From NCBI GenBank assembly GCA_041497555.1, contig JBGQGS010000001.1:3687-67686 (forward strand): a stretch of DNA of 64,000 bases. Reading direction: 5' to 3'. Position 1 is the stretch's first letter; each line of letters starts with the position of its first letter. Below, piece after piece: positions 54,853 to 63,137 of this stretch. The translations under genes and the position numbers were made by a program. Below the pieces are notes generated by a model that was not told where the DNA came from, ran no database searches, and was given only the letters and a program-made list of their open reading frames with translations. This DNA comes from Candidatus Dormibacteraceae bacterium (lineage in GTDB: Bacteria; Chloroflexota; Dormibacteria; Dormibacterales; Dormibacteraceae).

Positions 54853-56043
54853 ATGCCCGGCACCATCGTCCGCGACGAGCTGGTCGCCTTCCTCCAGTCC
54901 CTGGTTCGAGCCAGCTCTCAGTACCTTCCCGATGCCGGCCGCTCGGAGGCGCCGGCGGCGGAGCTGGTCGTCCGGCAGATGCGGCGATGGGGCTGGGAGC
55001 CAGACGTCAGGGAGGTCGAGCCCGGGCGGCCAAACGTGGTCGCGACCATCGACGGCGGGCGCCCTGGCCCGACGCTGCTGTTCGAAGGCCACACCGACGT
55101 AGTGAGCGAGGGCGACTCTTCGAAGTGGACGCACCCGCCATTCGGCGCAGAGATCGTCGAGGGGCGCTTATATGGCCGGGGCTCCGCGGACATGAAGGGC
55201 GGTGTCGCCGCAATGCTGTTCGCGGCGCGCGCGCTCGATCTCGCGCGGCCCTTTCATGGGCGCGTCGTGGTCGCGGCCCTGGTCGACGAGGAAGGGATGA
55301 TGATCGGCGTCAAGGACTTCGTCGCGAGCGGCCGGGCTCTCGGCGTCGACGCAGCGATCATTTGCGAGCCCGAGGAGCGGGAGGTCTGCATTGCGCAGAA
55401 GGGAGCGATCCGCGTCCGGGTCACCTCATGGGGCCGGATGGCCCATGGCGCGATGCCGCAGCATGGGTTGAACCCGATCCCACCGCTGGTCGCATTCGTG
55501 CAGCGGGCCGCGGAGCTGCAGGAAGAGCTGCAGCAGGCGAACGGCGAGCATCCGTACCTGGGCTGGGACTACATCACGCCGACCGTGGTCGTTGCCAACC
55601 GGCCGGAACAGTTCAACGTCATCCCCGACCGCGCCTTTGTCTGGCTCGACATCCGTACGACGCCAGCCACCGACCATGCCAAGCTGCTGGCGCACCTGCG
55701 ATCGATCCTGGGTCAGAACCTCGAGCTCGACGTGATCGACGACCGCCCGTCAACTGAGACACCACACAATCACCCCATCGTCCGCGCGGTCGTCGAGGCG
55801 CATCGAGCCGTTTACGGTGAGACGCCGGCGTTCGGGGGCGTCCCTGGCTCGACCGACGGCACGATCCTGTGGCGCGACGCCGGAATCCCGATTGTCACCT
55901 ACGGGCCGGGCGGCAAGTGGATCGCGCACCAGGTCGACGAATATGTCGAGGTAGATGAAGTGGTGCGGGCGGCCGAGGTCTACGTTGAGGCCGCACGCCG
56001 GTTTTTGAGCGTCGGGATCGAGTCGAGCAGCAGGCGCGTGTAG
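54853..56043 (+). CDS. M20-family metallopeptidase (ArgE/DapE/CPG2 type)
   Basis: Contains LLFEGHTDVV, GRGSADMKGG, and DEEG. Confidence 0.9.
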   Translation: MPGTIVRDELVAFLQSLVRASSQYLPDAGRSEAPAAELVVRQMRRWGWEPDVREVEPGRPNVVATIDGGRPGPTLLFEGHTDVVSEGDSSKWTHPPFGAEIVEGRLYGRGSADMKGGVAAMLFAARALDLARPFHGRVVVAALVDEEGMMIGVKDFVASGRALGVDAAIICEPEEREVCIAQKGAIRVRVTSWGRMAHGAMPQHGLNPIPPLVAFVQRAAELQEELQQANGEHPYLGWDYITPTVVVANRPEQFNVIPDRAFVWLDIRTTPATDHAKLLAHLRSILGQNLELDVIDDRPSTETPHNHPIVRAVVEAHRAVYGETPAFGGVPGSTDGTILWRDAGIPIVTYGPGGKWIAHQVDEYVEVDEVVRAAEVYVEAARRFLSVGIESSSRRV

Positions 56044-56759
56044 GCGTGGCGCGGCGCGCGGAAGATCTCGCGCGTTGGGCCCTCCTCGACGATCGTGCCT
56101 TGGCTCATCACGAGCACCCGATTGCACATGTGGCGGACGATGGAAAGGTCGTGCGAGACGAGTACCAGCGTCAGGTTGAAGCCGACGCGGAGGTCCTCCA
56201 GCAGGTTCAGGATCTGGGCGCGCACGCTGACATCGAGCGCGGAGACGGGCTCGTCTCCAATCAGCACGCGAGGATGCGGCGCCAGGGCGCGCGCGATCGC
56301 GATGCGCTGGCGCTGGCCACCAGAGAACTCGTGCGGGTAGCGGTGCGCCGAGTCGCGCGGCAGCCCGACCGCATCCAGCAGCTCCTCCACCCGCTTGCGG
56401 CGATCCCCCGGCAGCCGCATCACCCGCACCGGCTCGAGGATGATGTCGGTGACCTTCATGCGCGGGTCGAGCGCGCTTACGGGGTCCTGGAAGACGACCT
56501 GGACCTCGCGGGTCAGCCTCCCGCCGGTGTAGGTCACCCGGCCTTCGTCCGGTTGCTCGAGGCCGAGCAGCAACTTCATCAGCGTTGTCTTGCCCGACCC
56601 GGACTCGCCGACCACGCCAAGTGTCTCGCCCCTGCGCAGCGTGAACGAGACATCGTTGACAGCGGTGATCTCGCGGCGGGGGCCGAGGAGGCGGGTCCGC
56701 GCCAGCTGGTAGCGGCGACTGACGTGCTCGACCTCGAAGAGAACGTCGGATTCGCTCAC
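55980..56759 (-). CDS. peptide ABC transporter ATP-binding protein (DppF/OppF type)
   Basis: Contains [17 protein letters not shown], and LIGDEPVSALD. The GTG start overlaps the upstream stop (GTGA). Confidence 0.9.
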   Translation of the reverse strand: MSESDVLFEVEHVSRRYQLARTRLLGPRREITAVNDVSFTLRRGETLGVVGESGSGKTTLMKLLLGLEQPDEGRVTYTGGRLTREVQVVFQDPVSALDPRMKVTDIILEPVRVMRLPGDRRKRVEELLDAVGLPRDSAHRYPHEFSGGQRQRIAIARALAPHPRVLIGDEPVSALDVSVRAQILNLLEDLRVGFNLTLVLVSHDLSIVRHMCNRVLVMSQGTIVEEGPTREIFRAPRHAYTRLLLDSIPTLKNRRAAST

Positions 56760-57715
56760 GGCTCGCCGCCGACCGGGTGCCAGCAGGCGGCAAGGTGATC
56801 GCCGATCCGGGCCAGCGGGGGCATCTCGACGCATATCTCATCCACGTTCGGGCAGCGGTTGCGGAAGGGACAGCCGGGCGGGAACTGGCCGAGCCCGGGC
56901 ACCGAGCCCGGGATCGCTCGCAAGTGGCGATCGGGTAGCTCCTCGTCAAGCGGCGGGATCGCGTCCAACAGCGCCCTCGTGTAGGGGTGTCGCGACCGGT
57001 CGAAGACCTGGTCCACGGTCCCGGTTTCGACGATCTTTCCGCCGTACATGACCAACACCTGGTCGCAGGTGCTCGCCACCACCGGCAGGTCGTGGGTGAT
57101 CAACAGCAGGGTCGCACCTTGCTCGATCACGAGGTCGTCGAGCAGGTGCAGGATCTGGGCCTGCACGGTGACGTCGAGCGCGGTCGTCGGCTCGTCCGCG
57201 ATCAGGATGTCGGGCGAGCAGGCCATCGCCATCGCGATCATCGCCCGCTGCCGCTGGCCGCCGGACAGCTCGTGGGGATAAGCCCGCATCTTTTCCTCCG
57301 GGTCCGGGATGTGGACGCGCTGGAGGTTTCGCGTGGCAGTCGCCAAGGCCTGTTGCCGTCCCATCTGGCGGTGAAGCATGAGCGGCTCCGCGACCTGATC
57401 GCCGATCCGCATGAGCGGGTTGAGTGCCGTCATCGGCTCCTGGAAGACCATGGCGAGCCGGTCGCCGCGGAGCTCGCAGAAATCGTCGTCGGCGAGCGAG
57501 AGGAGGTCGCGACCTTTATAGAGGACGCGACCGGTGGCACTGAGCCCGTCTGGCAGCAGCCCCATCAGCGCCAGGGCGGTCAGCGTCTTTCCGGAGCCGG
57601 ACTCGCCGATCAGGCCGGTCCGGGAGCCCGCCTCGAGCGCGAACGACACCCCGCGCACGGCTTCGATCTCCCCCACCCGCACGCGCAGGTCCTCGACCCC
57701 GAGCGCATCTGCCAC
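56756..57715 (-). CDS. peptide ABC transporter ATP-binding protein (DppD/OppD type)
   Basis: Contains [27 protein letters not shown], and the C-terminal oligopeptide domain [11 protein letters not shown] start at 57715. Confidence 0.9.
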   Translation of the reverse strand: MADALGVEDLRVRVGEIEAVRGVSFALEAGSRTGLIGESGSGKTLTALALMGLLPDGLSATGRVLYKGRDLLSLADDDFCELRGDRLAMVFQEPMTALNPLMRIGDQVAEPLMLHRQMGRQQALATATRNLQRVHIPDPEEKMRAYPHELSGGQRQRAMIAMAMACSPDILIADEPTTALDVTVQAQILHLLDDLVIEQGATLLLITHDLPVVASTCDQVLVMYGGKIVETGTVDQVFDRSRHPYTRALLDAIPPLDEELPDRHLRAIPGSVPGLGQFPPGCPFRNRCPNVDEICVEMPPLARIGDHLAACWHPVGGEP

Positions 57716-57720
57716 GACGT

Positions 57721-58551
57721 TCAGGCCTGCGCCGGGAGGCGCACAACCAGCTTGGGGTCGAGCAGGTCGCGGAGCCCATCCCCGAGCAGGTTGAACCCGA
57801 GCACGCTGAGCGCAATCGCCAGGCCGGGCCAAAGCGCGAGCAGAGGGGCCTGGTAGAGATAGTCCTGGCTGTCGCTGAGCATCCGGCCCCAAGAAGCGGT
57901 CGGTGGCGGCGTGCCGATGCCGAGGTAGCTGAGAGCCGCCTCGGCCAGGATCGCTACCGCGAAGGCGATGGTCGCCTGAACGATCAGGACGTTGGCTACG
58001 TTTGGCAGTAGATGCTGGAGCAGGATCCACCAACCCCGGCTGCCGAAAGTGCGCGCCGCGGTGACATAGTCCATCTCCATCACCTGAAGACCGGCGCCGC
58101 GGACGACGCGCGCGAACACGGGGACGAATGCGATCCCGATCGCCGCCATGGCGGTGACCGTGCTGGGCCGGAAGACGGCCGCGAAGAGCAATGCGAGCAG
58201 GATCGCGGGGAAGGCGAGGAGGACGTCAGAGGCGCGCATGAAGACCTCTTCGAGCGGGCCCCGGTAGAGTGCCGAGAGCGCCCCCACCGGCACGCCGACC
58301 GCAATCGCGATCACGATCGTGACGATGCCGACCAGCAACGTGTTCCGGGCCCCGGCCATGATCCGCGACAGCTCGTCGCGGCCGAACTGGTCGGTGCCGA
58401 GCAGGTAGGCGGAGCTCGGTCCCTGGAAGCGGTCGGGAATCACGACGTGGTCTGGGTCGTGCGGCGTCCAGACCAGGCTGAGCAGCGCGACCAGCACGAC
58501 CAGGCCGACCACGGCCGCCCCCGCGATCAGGGGCAGCGGCAACCGCCTCAT
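57721..58551 (-). CDS. peptide ABC transporter permease (DppC type)
   Basis: Contains LLGTDQFGRDELSR and a BPD_transp_1 core. The ATG overlaps the upstream stop (ATGA). Confidence 0.9.
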   Translation of the reverse strand: MRRLPLPLIAGAAVVGLVVLVALLSLVWTPHDPDHVVIPDRFQGPSSAYLLGTDQFGRDELSRIMAGARNTLLVGIVTIVIAIAVGVPVGALSALYRGPLEEVFMRASDVLLAFPAILLALLFAAVFRPSTVTAMAAIGIAFVPVFARVVRGAGLQVMEMDYVTAARTFGSRGWWILLQHLLPNVANVLIVQATIAFAVAILAEAALSYLGIGTPPPTASWGRMLSDSQDYLYQAPLLALWPGLAIALSVLGFNLLGDGLRDLLDPKLVVRLPAQA

Positions 58552-59495
58552 CGCCGGCTCCGGATCCGGGGGTCGAGCAGCCGGTACGAGAGGTCGACGA
58601 GGAAGTTGACGACCAGGACCACCGTGGTCAGCACCATGACCAGATCCTCCACCACGATCAGGTCGCGATTGCCAACCGATTGAAAGAGAAGGCGCCCGAG
58701 CCCGGGGAGCACGAACACGTTCTCGATCACGATTGCGCCGACCAGCAGCGAGGTGATCTGGATGCCCAGGACGGTCACGACCGGGATCGCCGCGTTCCGG
58801 AAGCCGTGCCGGCGCAGCGCCTGCCAACGCGTCAGGCCCTTGGCGCGCGCGGTGCGGATGAAGTCCTCATGCTGGACCTCGATGATCGCCGACCGGATGA
58901 ACCGGGTCAGCACCGCCGCCTGGACCAGCCCGAGCGCGACCGCGGGCAGCACCAGGCTTCGCGCAGCCGCGACCGGGTCCTCGCTCCAGTCGATGAACCC
59001 GCCAGCCGGAAAGAGCCGCAGCTTCACGGCGAAGATGGTGGCCAGCAGCAGGCCGGCCCAGAATGCAGGGATCGCGATACCGCCCAGGCTGAGCGCGGAG
59101 ATGATCGCTCCGCTCAGACGGCGGTAGCGAACGCCCGCGACCACGCCCACCGGCACCGACACCACGAGCGCGATCACAGCCGCGAGGAGCGCAAGTGGCC
59201 CGCTGACCAAAAGCTTCTGAACGAGCAGCGGGCCGATCTCCGTGTGGGAGAGGACGGAGACGCCGAGGTCGCCGCGGAGCATGCCCCACAGCCACTGCAC
59301 GTAGCGCAGCCACAAGGGCTGGTCGAGGCCCAGTTGGTGGCGGAGGATAGCCACGTTCTCCGGCGTTGCGTTGGTCCCGAGCATTACGGTCGCCACGTCG
59401 CCGGGAAGGAGATTGACGATCACGAAGACGAGGACCGAGGCGGCGACCAAGCTGGCCACCAGAGCGGCCAGCCTGGTCGTGATTGCGACTGTCAA
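58548..59495 (-). CDS. peptide ABC transporter permease (DppB type)
   Basis: Contains FVIVNLLPGD...LGLDQPL...ARAKGL. TTG start 2 nt after the SBP stop. Confidence 0.9.
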   Translation of the reverse strand: MTVAITTRLAALVASLVAASVLVFVIVNLLPGDVATVMLGTNATPENVAILRHQLGLDQPLWLRYVQWLWGMLRGDLGVSVLSHTEIGPLLVQKLLVSGPLALLAAVIALVVSVPVGVVAGVRYRRLSGAIISALSLGGIAIPAFWAGLLLATIFAVKLRLFPAGGFIDWSEDPVAAARSLVLPAVALGLVQAAVLTRFIRSAIIEVQHEDFIRTARAKGLTRWQALRRHGFRNAAIPVVTVLGIQITSLLVGAIVIENVFVLPGLGRLLFQSVGNRDLIVVEDLVMVLTTVVLVVNFLVDLSYRLLDPRIRSRR

Positions 59496-59496
59496 A

Positions 59497-61107
59497 TCAG
59501 TTGAAGTACGCGTCCCCGAGATAGAGCGATGGCGAAATGCCCTGCACCTGGTAGCTCCGGAAGTTGTGCTTGAGAACGGCCAGCTGGTTGGGCGAGAAGA
59601 CCCAGGCGTTGACCGCATCGTCAGCAAGCGTTTTCAGGATTTGCGCGTAGATGCCCTTACGGGTGCTCTCGGTGGGCTCGGCGTCCGCCTGCTTCAGCTG
59701 GCTCGCGACCGTCGGATTGTTGTAGTTCCAGTAGTACTTGGGATTTCCGTAGTTGCCGATGTCGCGCTCCTCGACGTGGTTGATGATCGTCAGGTCGTAG
59801 TCCTGTGGAGGCAGGAACACTGTGTTCAGCCATTGCGCGAACTGCATCGGGATGATGTTCAGCGTCACGCCGATCGACTTCAGCTCACTGTTCAGTATGT
59901 CCGAGCCGCGGACTGCGTACGGGAAGGCGCTGATCTGCGCCATCCGCAGCGTCAGGCCGGAGGCGTACCCGGCAGCCGACAGCAGCTGCTTAGCCTTGTT
60001 GGCGTCGTAGGGGTTGACGCTCGTCTCGTCCACGTAATACGGCTCACCGCCGTTGGGCGCCGAGTGCGAACCGATCGGGACGCCGTAGCCGAACTGAATG
60101 CCGTCGATCCACGCCTTGCGGTCGATCGCAGCGTAGACAGCCTGGCGCACGCGTTTGTCGGCGAGCGGCCCTTTGGCGTTGTTGATCGAGACCATGATCT
60201 TTCCGGTCGGCGCGCCCTTGATGACGGTGAAGTTCTGGTTCGATGCGAACGCCTGCAGCTGCTCCGGCCCTCCGACCTGCCCGATGGCGTCGATGTCCCC
60301 GGCGGTAAGCGCGTTGTTCATCGCGTTGGCGTCGCTGATGAAGCGGAACTCGACGTCCTTGAGCTTCGCCTTCGACCCCCAGTAGGCGTCGTTTCGAGTC
60401 AGCTGCAGGGACGAGCCATGGTTCCAGGCCACGAACTTGAAAGGACCGGTGCCGACCGGGTTGGTCTTGTTGGAGTCGACGGAGTTCTGGGAGACGATGC
60501 AGGCCGAGCCGGCGCCCATGTGGAAGAGCCAGTTGTCGCTGTAGGTGCTCAGCGTGACCTTGACCGTGTGGTCGTCGGACGCGGTGACCGACTGGACGGG
60601 GCCCCAGTAGTCGGCGTGCGGGTTGGCGGGCTTGGTGTTCGGATCCTTGGCTCGCGTCCACGAGTAGACGACGTCCTGCGCGGAGAAGGCGGAGCCGTCG
60701 TGCCACTTGACGCCCTGCGCGAGGTGGAAGGTGACGGTGGTGCCGTCAGAGGACACATCCCAAGACTTGGCCAGGTTGCCGACGATCTTCCCGGTGCCGT
60801 CGAGTCGGATAAGCCCCTCGTACACGTTGTTGAGGAGGCAGGTCGCGATCGACGCCGTGGCGTCGGCCGCCGGATCCATCGAGGTGGGCTCCTGGATGAT
60901 CCCGATGATCGCCTTGCTCTTGGTCGAGGTAGGCTGCGTGCCGGACGAGCTGGTTGCGCAGGCTGCGAGCAGCGATGAGGCGACCGGCAGGCTCAGGCCA
61001 AGGAAGCCGAGCCGGCGCAGCGCCTCTCGCCGGGTGATCTTGCCGGCCAAGAAGTGGTCTAGCTGGCGAACGACGTCCCCGTCTGGTTGCAGTTCTCGGT
61101 CGTCCAT
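59497..61107 (-). CDS. ABC transporter family-5 substrate-binding lipoprotein (peptide/nickel type)
   Basis: Twin-arginine-like TRREALRRLGFLGL plus lipobox LLAAC. 536 aa with an SBP_bac_5-like body. Confidence 0.9.
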   Translation of the reverse strand: MDDRELQPDGDVVRQLDHFLAGKITRREALRRLGFLGLSLPVASSLLAACATSSSGTQPTSTKSKAIIGIIQEPTSMDPAADATASIATCLLNNVYEGLIRLDGTGKIVGNLAKSWDVSSDGTTVTFHLAQGVKWHDGSAFSAQDVVYSWTRAKDPNTKPANPHADYWGPVQSVTASDDHTVKVTLSTYSDNWLFHMGAGSACIVSQNSVDSNKTNPVGTGPFKFVAWNHGSSLQLTRNDAYWGSKAKLKDVEFRFISDANAMNNALTAGDIDAIGQVGGPEQLQAFASNQNFTVIKGAPTGKIMVSINNAKGPLADKRVRQAVYAAIDRKAWIDGIQFGYGVPIGSHSAPNGGEPYYVDETSVNPYDANKAKQLLSAAGYASGLTLRMAQISAFPYAVRGSDILNSELKSIGVTLNIIPMQFAQWLNTVFLPPQDYDLTIINHVEERDIGNYGNPKYYWNYNNPTVASQLKQADAEPTESTRKGIYAQILKTLADDAVNAWVFSPNQLAVLKHNFRSYQVQGISPSLYLGDAYFN

Positions 61108-61143
61108 TTCTTCCTCCCGCCACTTTGAACTGAGGAGCAGATG

Positions 61144-61950
61144 CTACAACGGCGGCGTGAAGCGGCCGTCCTGGGCCAGCCAACCGGCATCCACCACAAG
61201 GTAGGAACCGGTTACGTAGCTGCTGGCATCGGAGCAGAGAAAGACTACGGCACCGACCATCTCAGACGGCTTGGCCCAGCGTCCCAAGGCGTTCTTGTTC
61301 GCGTAGGCGGCATACCACTCGGGATTGTCCTTGATCTGCGCGGTGAGCGGCGTCTCGACCACACCAGGGGCTACCGCATTCACCCGCACGCCGCTCGAGC
61401 CTAGCTCGGACGCGAGCGTCCGCGCCAGCTGCAGCGCGCCCGCCTTGGTCGCCGCGTAGATCGACTGGCCGGGCTCGACCACCTGGGCCCGGATCGAAGA
61501 GAAGACCACGATGCTGCCGCCGCGTCCGGAATCCGCCATCGCCTGCCCAAAGTCGCGCATCAGCCGGAAGGTGCCGACCAGGTTCAGCTCGAAGACGCGG
61601 CGCACGTCGTCGTCGGTCAGCTCGGAGGCACGCTTGCGGACGTTGATCGCAGGAGTGATCACCAGCGCGTCGGGCGCGCCGACCTGCTTCAGCGCCGTCG
61701 CGCAGGAGCCGGCTTCGCGCATGTCGAGCGCGAGCGATTTCGCCTCGCCACCATCGTCACCGATAGCGTCCGACGTCCGCCGCGCCGCGTCTACGTCGAG
61801 GTCGGCGCAGATGGTACGCGCGCCGAACGCGGCGAGGCCGTAGGCGCAAGCTTCACCGATCCCGCTGCCAGCGCCGACCACGAGCGCGGTGCGGCCGGTC
61901 AGGTCGAAGAGCTTCTGGTACTGCTGCATCCGCATGAGGTTAGCGCCCAC
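61144..61950 (-). CDS. SDR-family oxidoreductase
   Basis: Contains TALVVGAGSGIGEA, NAG-like spacing, and YAATKAG. The start is probably an internal ATG (61935 or 61929). Confidence 0.85.
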   Translation of the reverse strand: MGANLMRMQQYQKLFDLTGRTALVVGAGSGIGEACAYGLAAFGARTICADLDVDAARRTSDAIGDDGGEAKSLALDMREAGSCATALKQVGAPDALVITPAINVRKRASELTDDDVRRVFELNLVGTFRLMRDFGQAMADSGRGGSIVVFSSIRAQVVEPGQSIYAATKAGALQLARTLASELGSSGVRVNAVAPGVVETPLTAQIKDNPEWYAAYANKNALGRWAKPSEMVGAVVFLCSDASSYVTGSYLVVDAGWLAQDGRFTPPL

Positions 61951-61986
61951 GAGAAGGTTCAGGCTCGCTTCTCACTGATGCTTCTA

Positions 61987-62165
61987 TGGCTGGGGAGGAA
62001 GGATTCGAACCTTCAACCTTCTGATCCAGAGCGATCTGCGTTATCGCCGGCGCACAAATTGAACTTGACCACCGCGTCTGATGAGTGAATTACGCGGCGG
62101 CCCTGCATCTGAGCGCAGGGCGCGAATTTGGCGCTAATCCAGCGCGTAGCGCATCAATCAAGCCA
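61987..62165 (-). ncRNA. conserved ~175-nt element ending in a tRNA-Gln-like T-arm/acceptor/CCA module (copy 2)
   Basis: The first 50 nt on the plus strand (TGGCTGGGGAGGAAGGATTCGAACC...GATC) differ from copy 1 at one position. Further conserved blocks are separated by variable segments that retain pairing potential. Confidence 0.5.
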
Positions 62166-62186
62166 CCGTCTCGACGACACAGGCTC

Positions 62187-62828
62187 CTAACTCGCTGGTT
62201 GGAGAAGCATGCTGATCAGCGCATCCCCCAGCCATTCCTCGTAGCGGGATGGCGTCCAGCCTCTTTGGAAGACCAGCTGGGTGTACTGGTCGGGGCCGGT
62301 CAATGCCCAGATCACCGCCACCGCCTCCGGCGGTGACATTCCGGCGCGCAGCCGGCCGCTTCGCTGCAACATCGCCGGCAGCCCGAACTGGGTCATGTCC
62401 AGCAATCGTTGCTCCTCCCTCTCGCGAAAGTGCGCGAGCAGGGCTGGATCGCCGGACTCCCGCATGAAGCGGACGAGATCCGCGCAGATTTCATAAATGA
62501 GGCGCGAGACGCGGGCGCCAGTGCGAAGCCCGAGTTCGGGGTCGTCCGATTGGCGCAACGGATCGAACAGCTTCACAGCGTCCGCGACGTGAGGAAAGCC
62601 CACCTCAATGAGGCCCTGTGCGAGTCGCAGCTTGGTACCGAAAGTCGCATACACGGTCTGGTAGGCGACGCCGGCTTCTTTGGCAATGTCCTCCATCGTC
62701 ACGCTGCTGTAGGTCCCGCTGGCGAGGAGCCTTCGAGCCGCCTCGAGGATGCGGGCTCGAGTCATCTGCGCTTGCTCGGTGCGCAGCGCCCCGTTATAGA
62801 CGCGGGTCGTCTTGACAGGCTTGCTCAA
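62187..62828 (-). CDS. TetR/AcrR-family transcriptional regulator
   Basis: HTH RARILEAARRLLASGTYSSVTMEDIAKEAGVAYQTVYATFGTK. TTG start. Confidence 0.85.
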   Translation of the reverse strand: MSKPVKTTRVYNGALRTEQAQMTRARILEAARRLLASGTYSSVTMEDIAKEAGVAYQTVYATFGTKLRLAQGLIEVGFPHVADAVKLFDPLRQSDDPELGLRTGARVSRLIYEICADLVRFMRESGDPALLAHFREREEQRLLDMTQFGLPAMLQRSGRLRAGMSPPEAVAVIWALTGPDQYTQLVFQRGWTPSRYEEWLGDALISMLLQPAS

Positions 62829-63137
62829 TACGGATAGAGTAACAGACTATCGATATTAGGTTGTCTCTAGTGAATAGAAGTCCACTAAGTCGATGAGGTG
62901 CTGGGATGAGCAGATTGGGCGAGATGCGGGATTGGCTTTTGCCGGCGCTAATCCATCTCGATCCGATGGTGGCGATGGCGTACTACCAGTCAGTCGCAAC
63001 GGACGAGGCCTCAACTAAAGCATCGGTGACCGCCCCACGCCGTGCTCTCGTTTCCAACGCACTCAGAGGTATGGCCGTGCTCGACCTGGTAGTCGTTCCA
63101 CGGCCGGCCCCGGTCCGACCGTGATAAGAGCGAGGAG

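Noticed and set aside
54498-56949. Long ORFs 54498..55757 (+) and 55750..56949 (-)
   Set aside because: Shadow frames over the S58/M20 peptidase and dppF genes, with extreme Arg/Pro/Gly content.
59371-60978. 535-aa plus-strand ORF antisense to the substrate-binding protein gene
   Set aside because: Antisense shadow (Val/Asp/Arg/Gly-rich, no motifs). The minus-strand frame is a clear family-5 SBP with a lipoprotein signal.
62150-62170. Sigma-54-like TGGC-N8-TGC spacing just upstream of element copy 2
   Set aside because: The GG dinucleotide is absent at the equivalent position of copy 1, and the -12 element is imperfect. Probably fortuitous.
62906-63124. 72-aa plus-strand ORF between the TetR gene and the FAD oxidoreductase
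   Set aside because: No convincing RBS or family resemblance. It lies in what looks like the TetR/oxidoreductase control region, which is AT-rich at 62829-62905 with short inverted repeats GATAG/CTATC and TAGTG/CACTA. Left uncalled.
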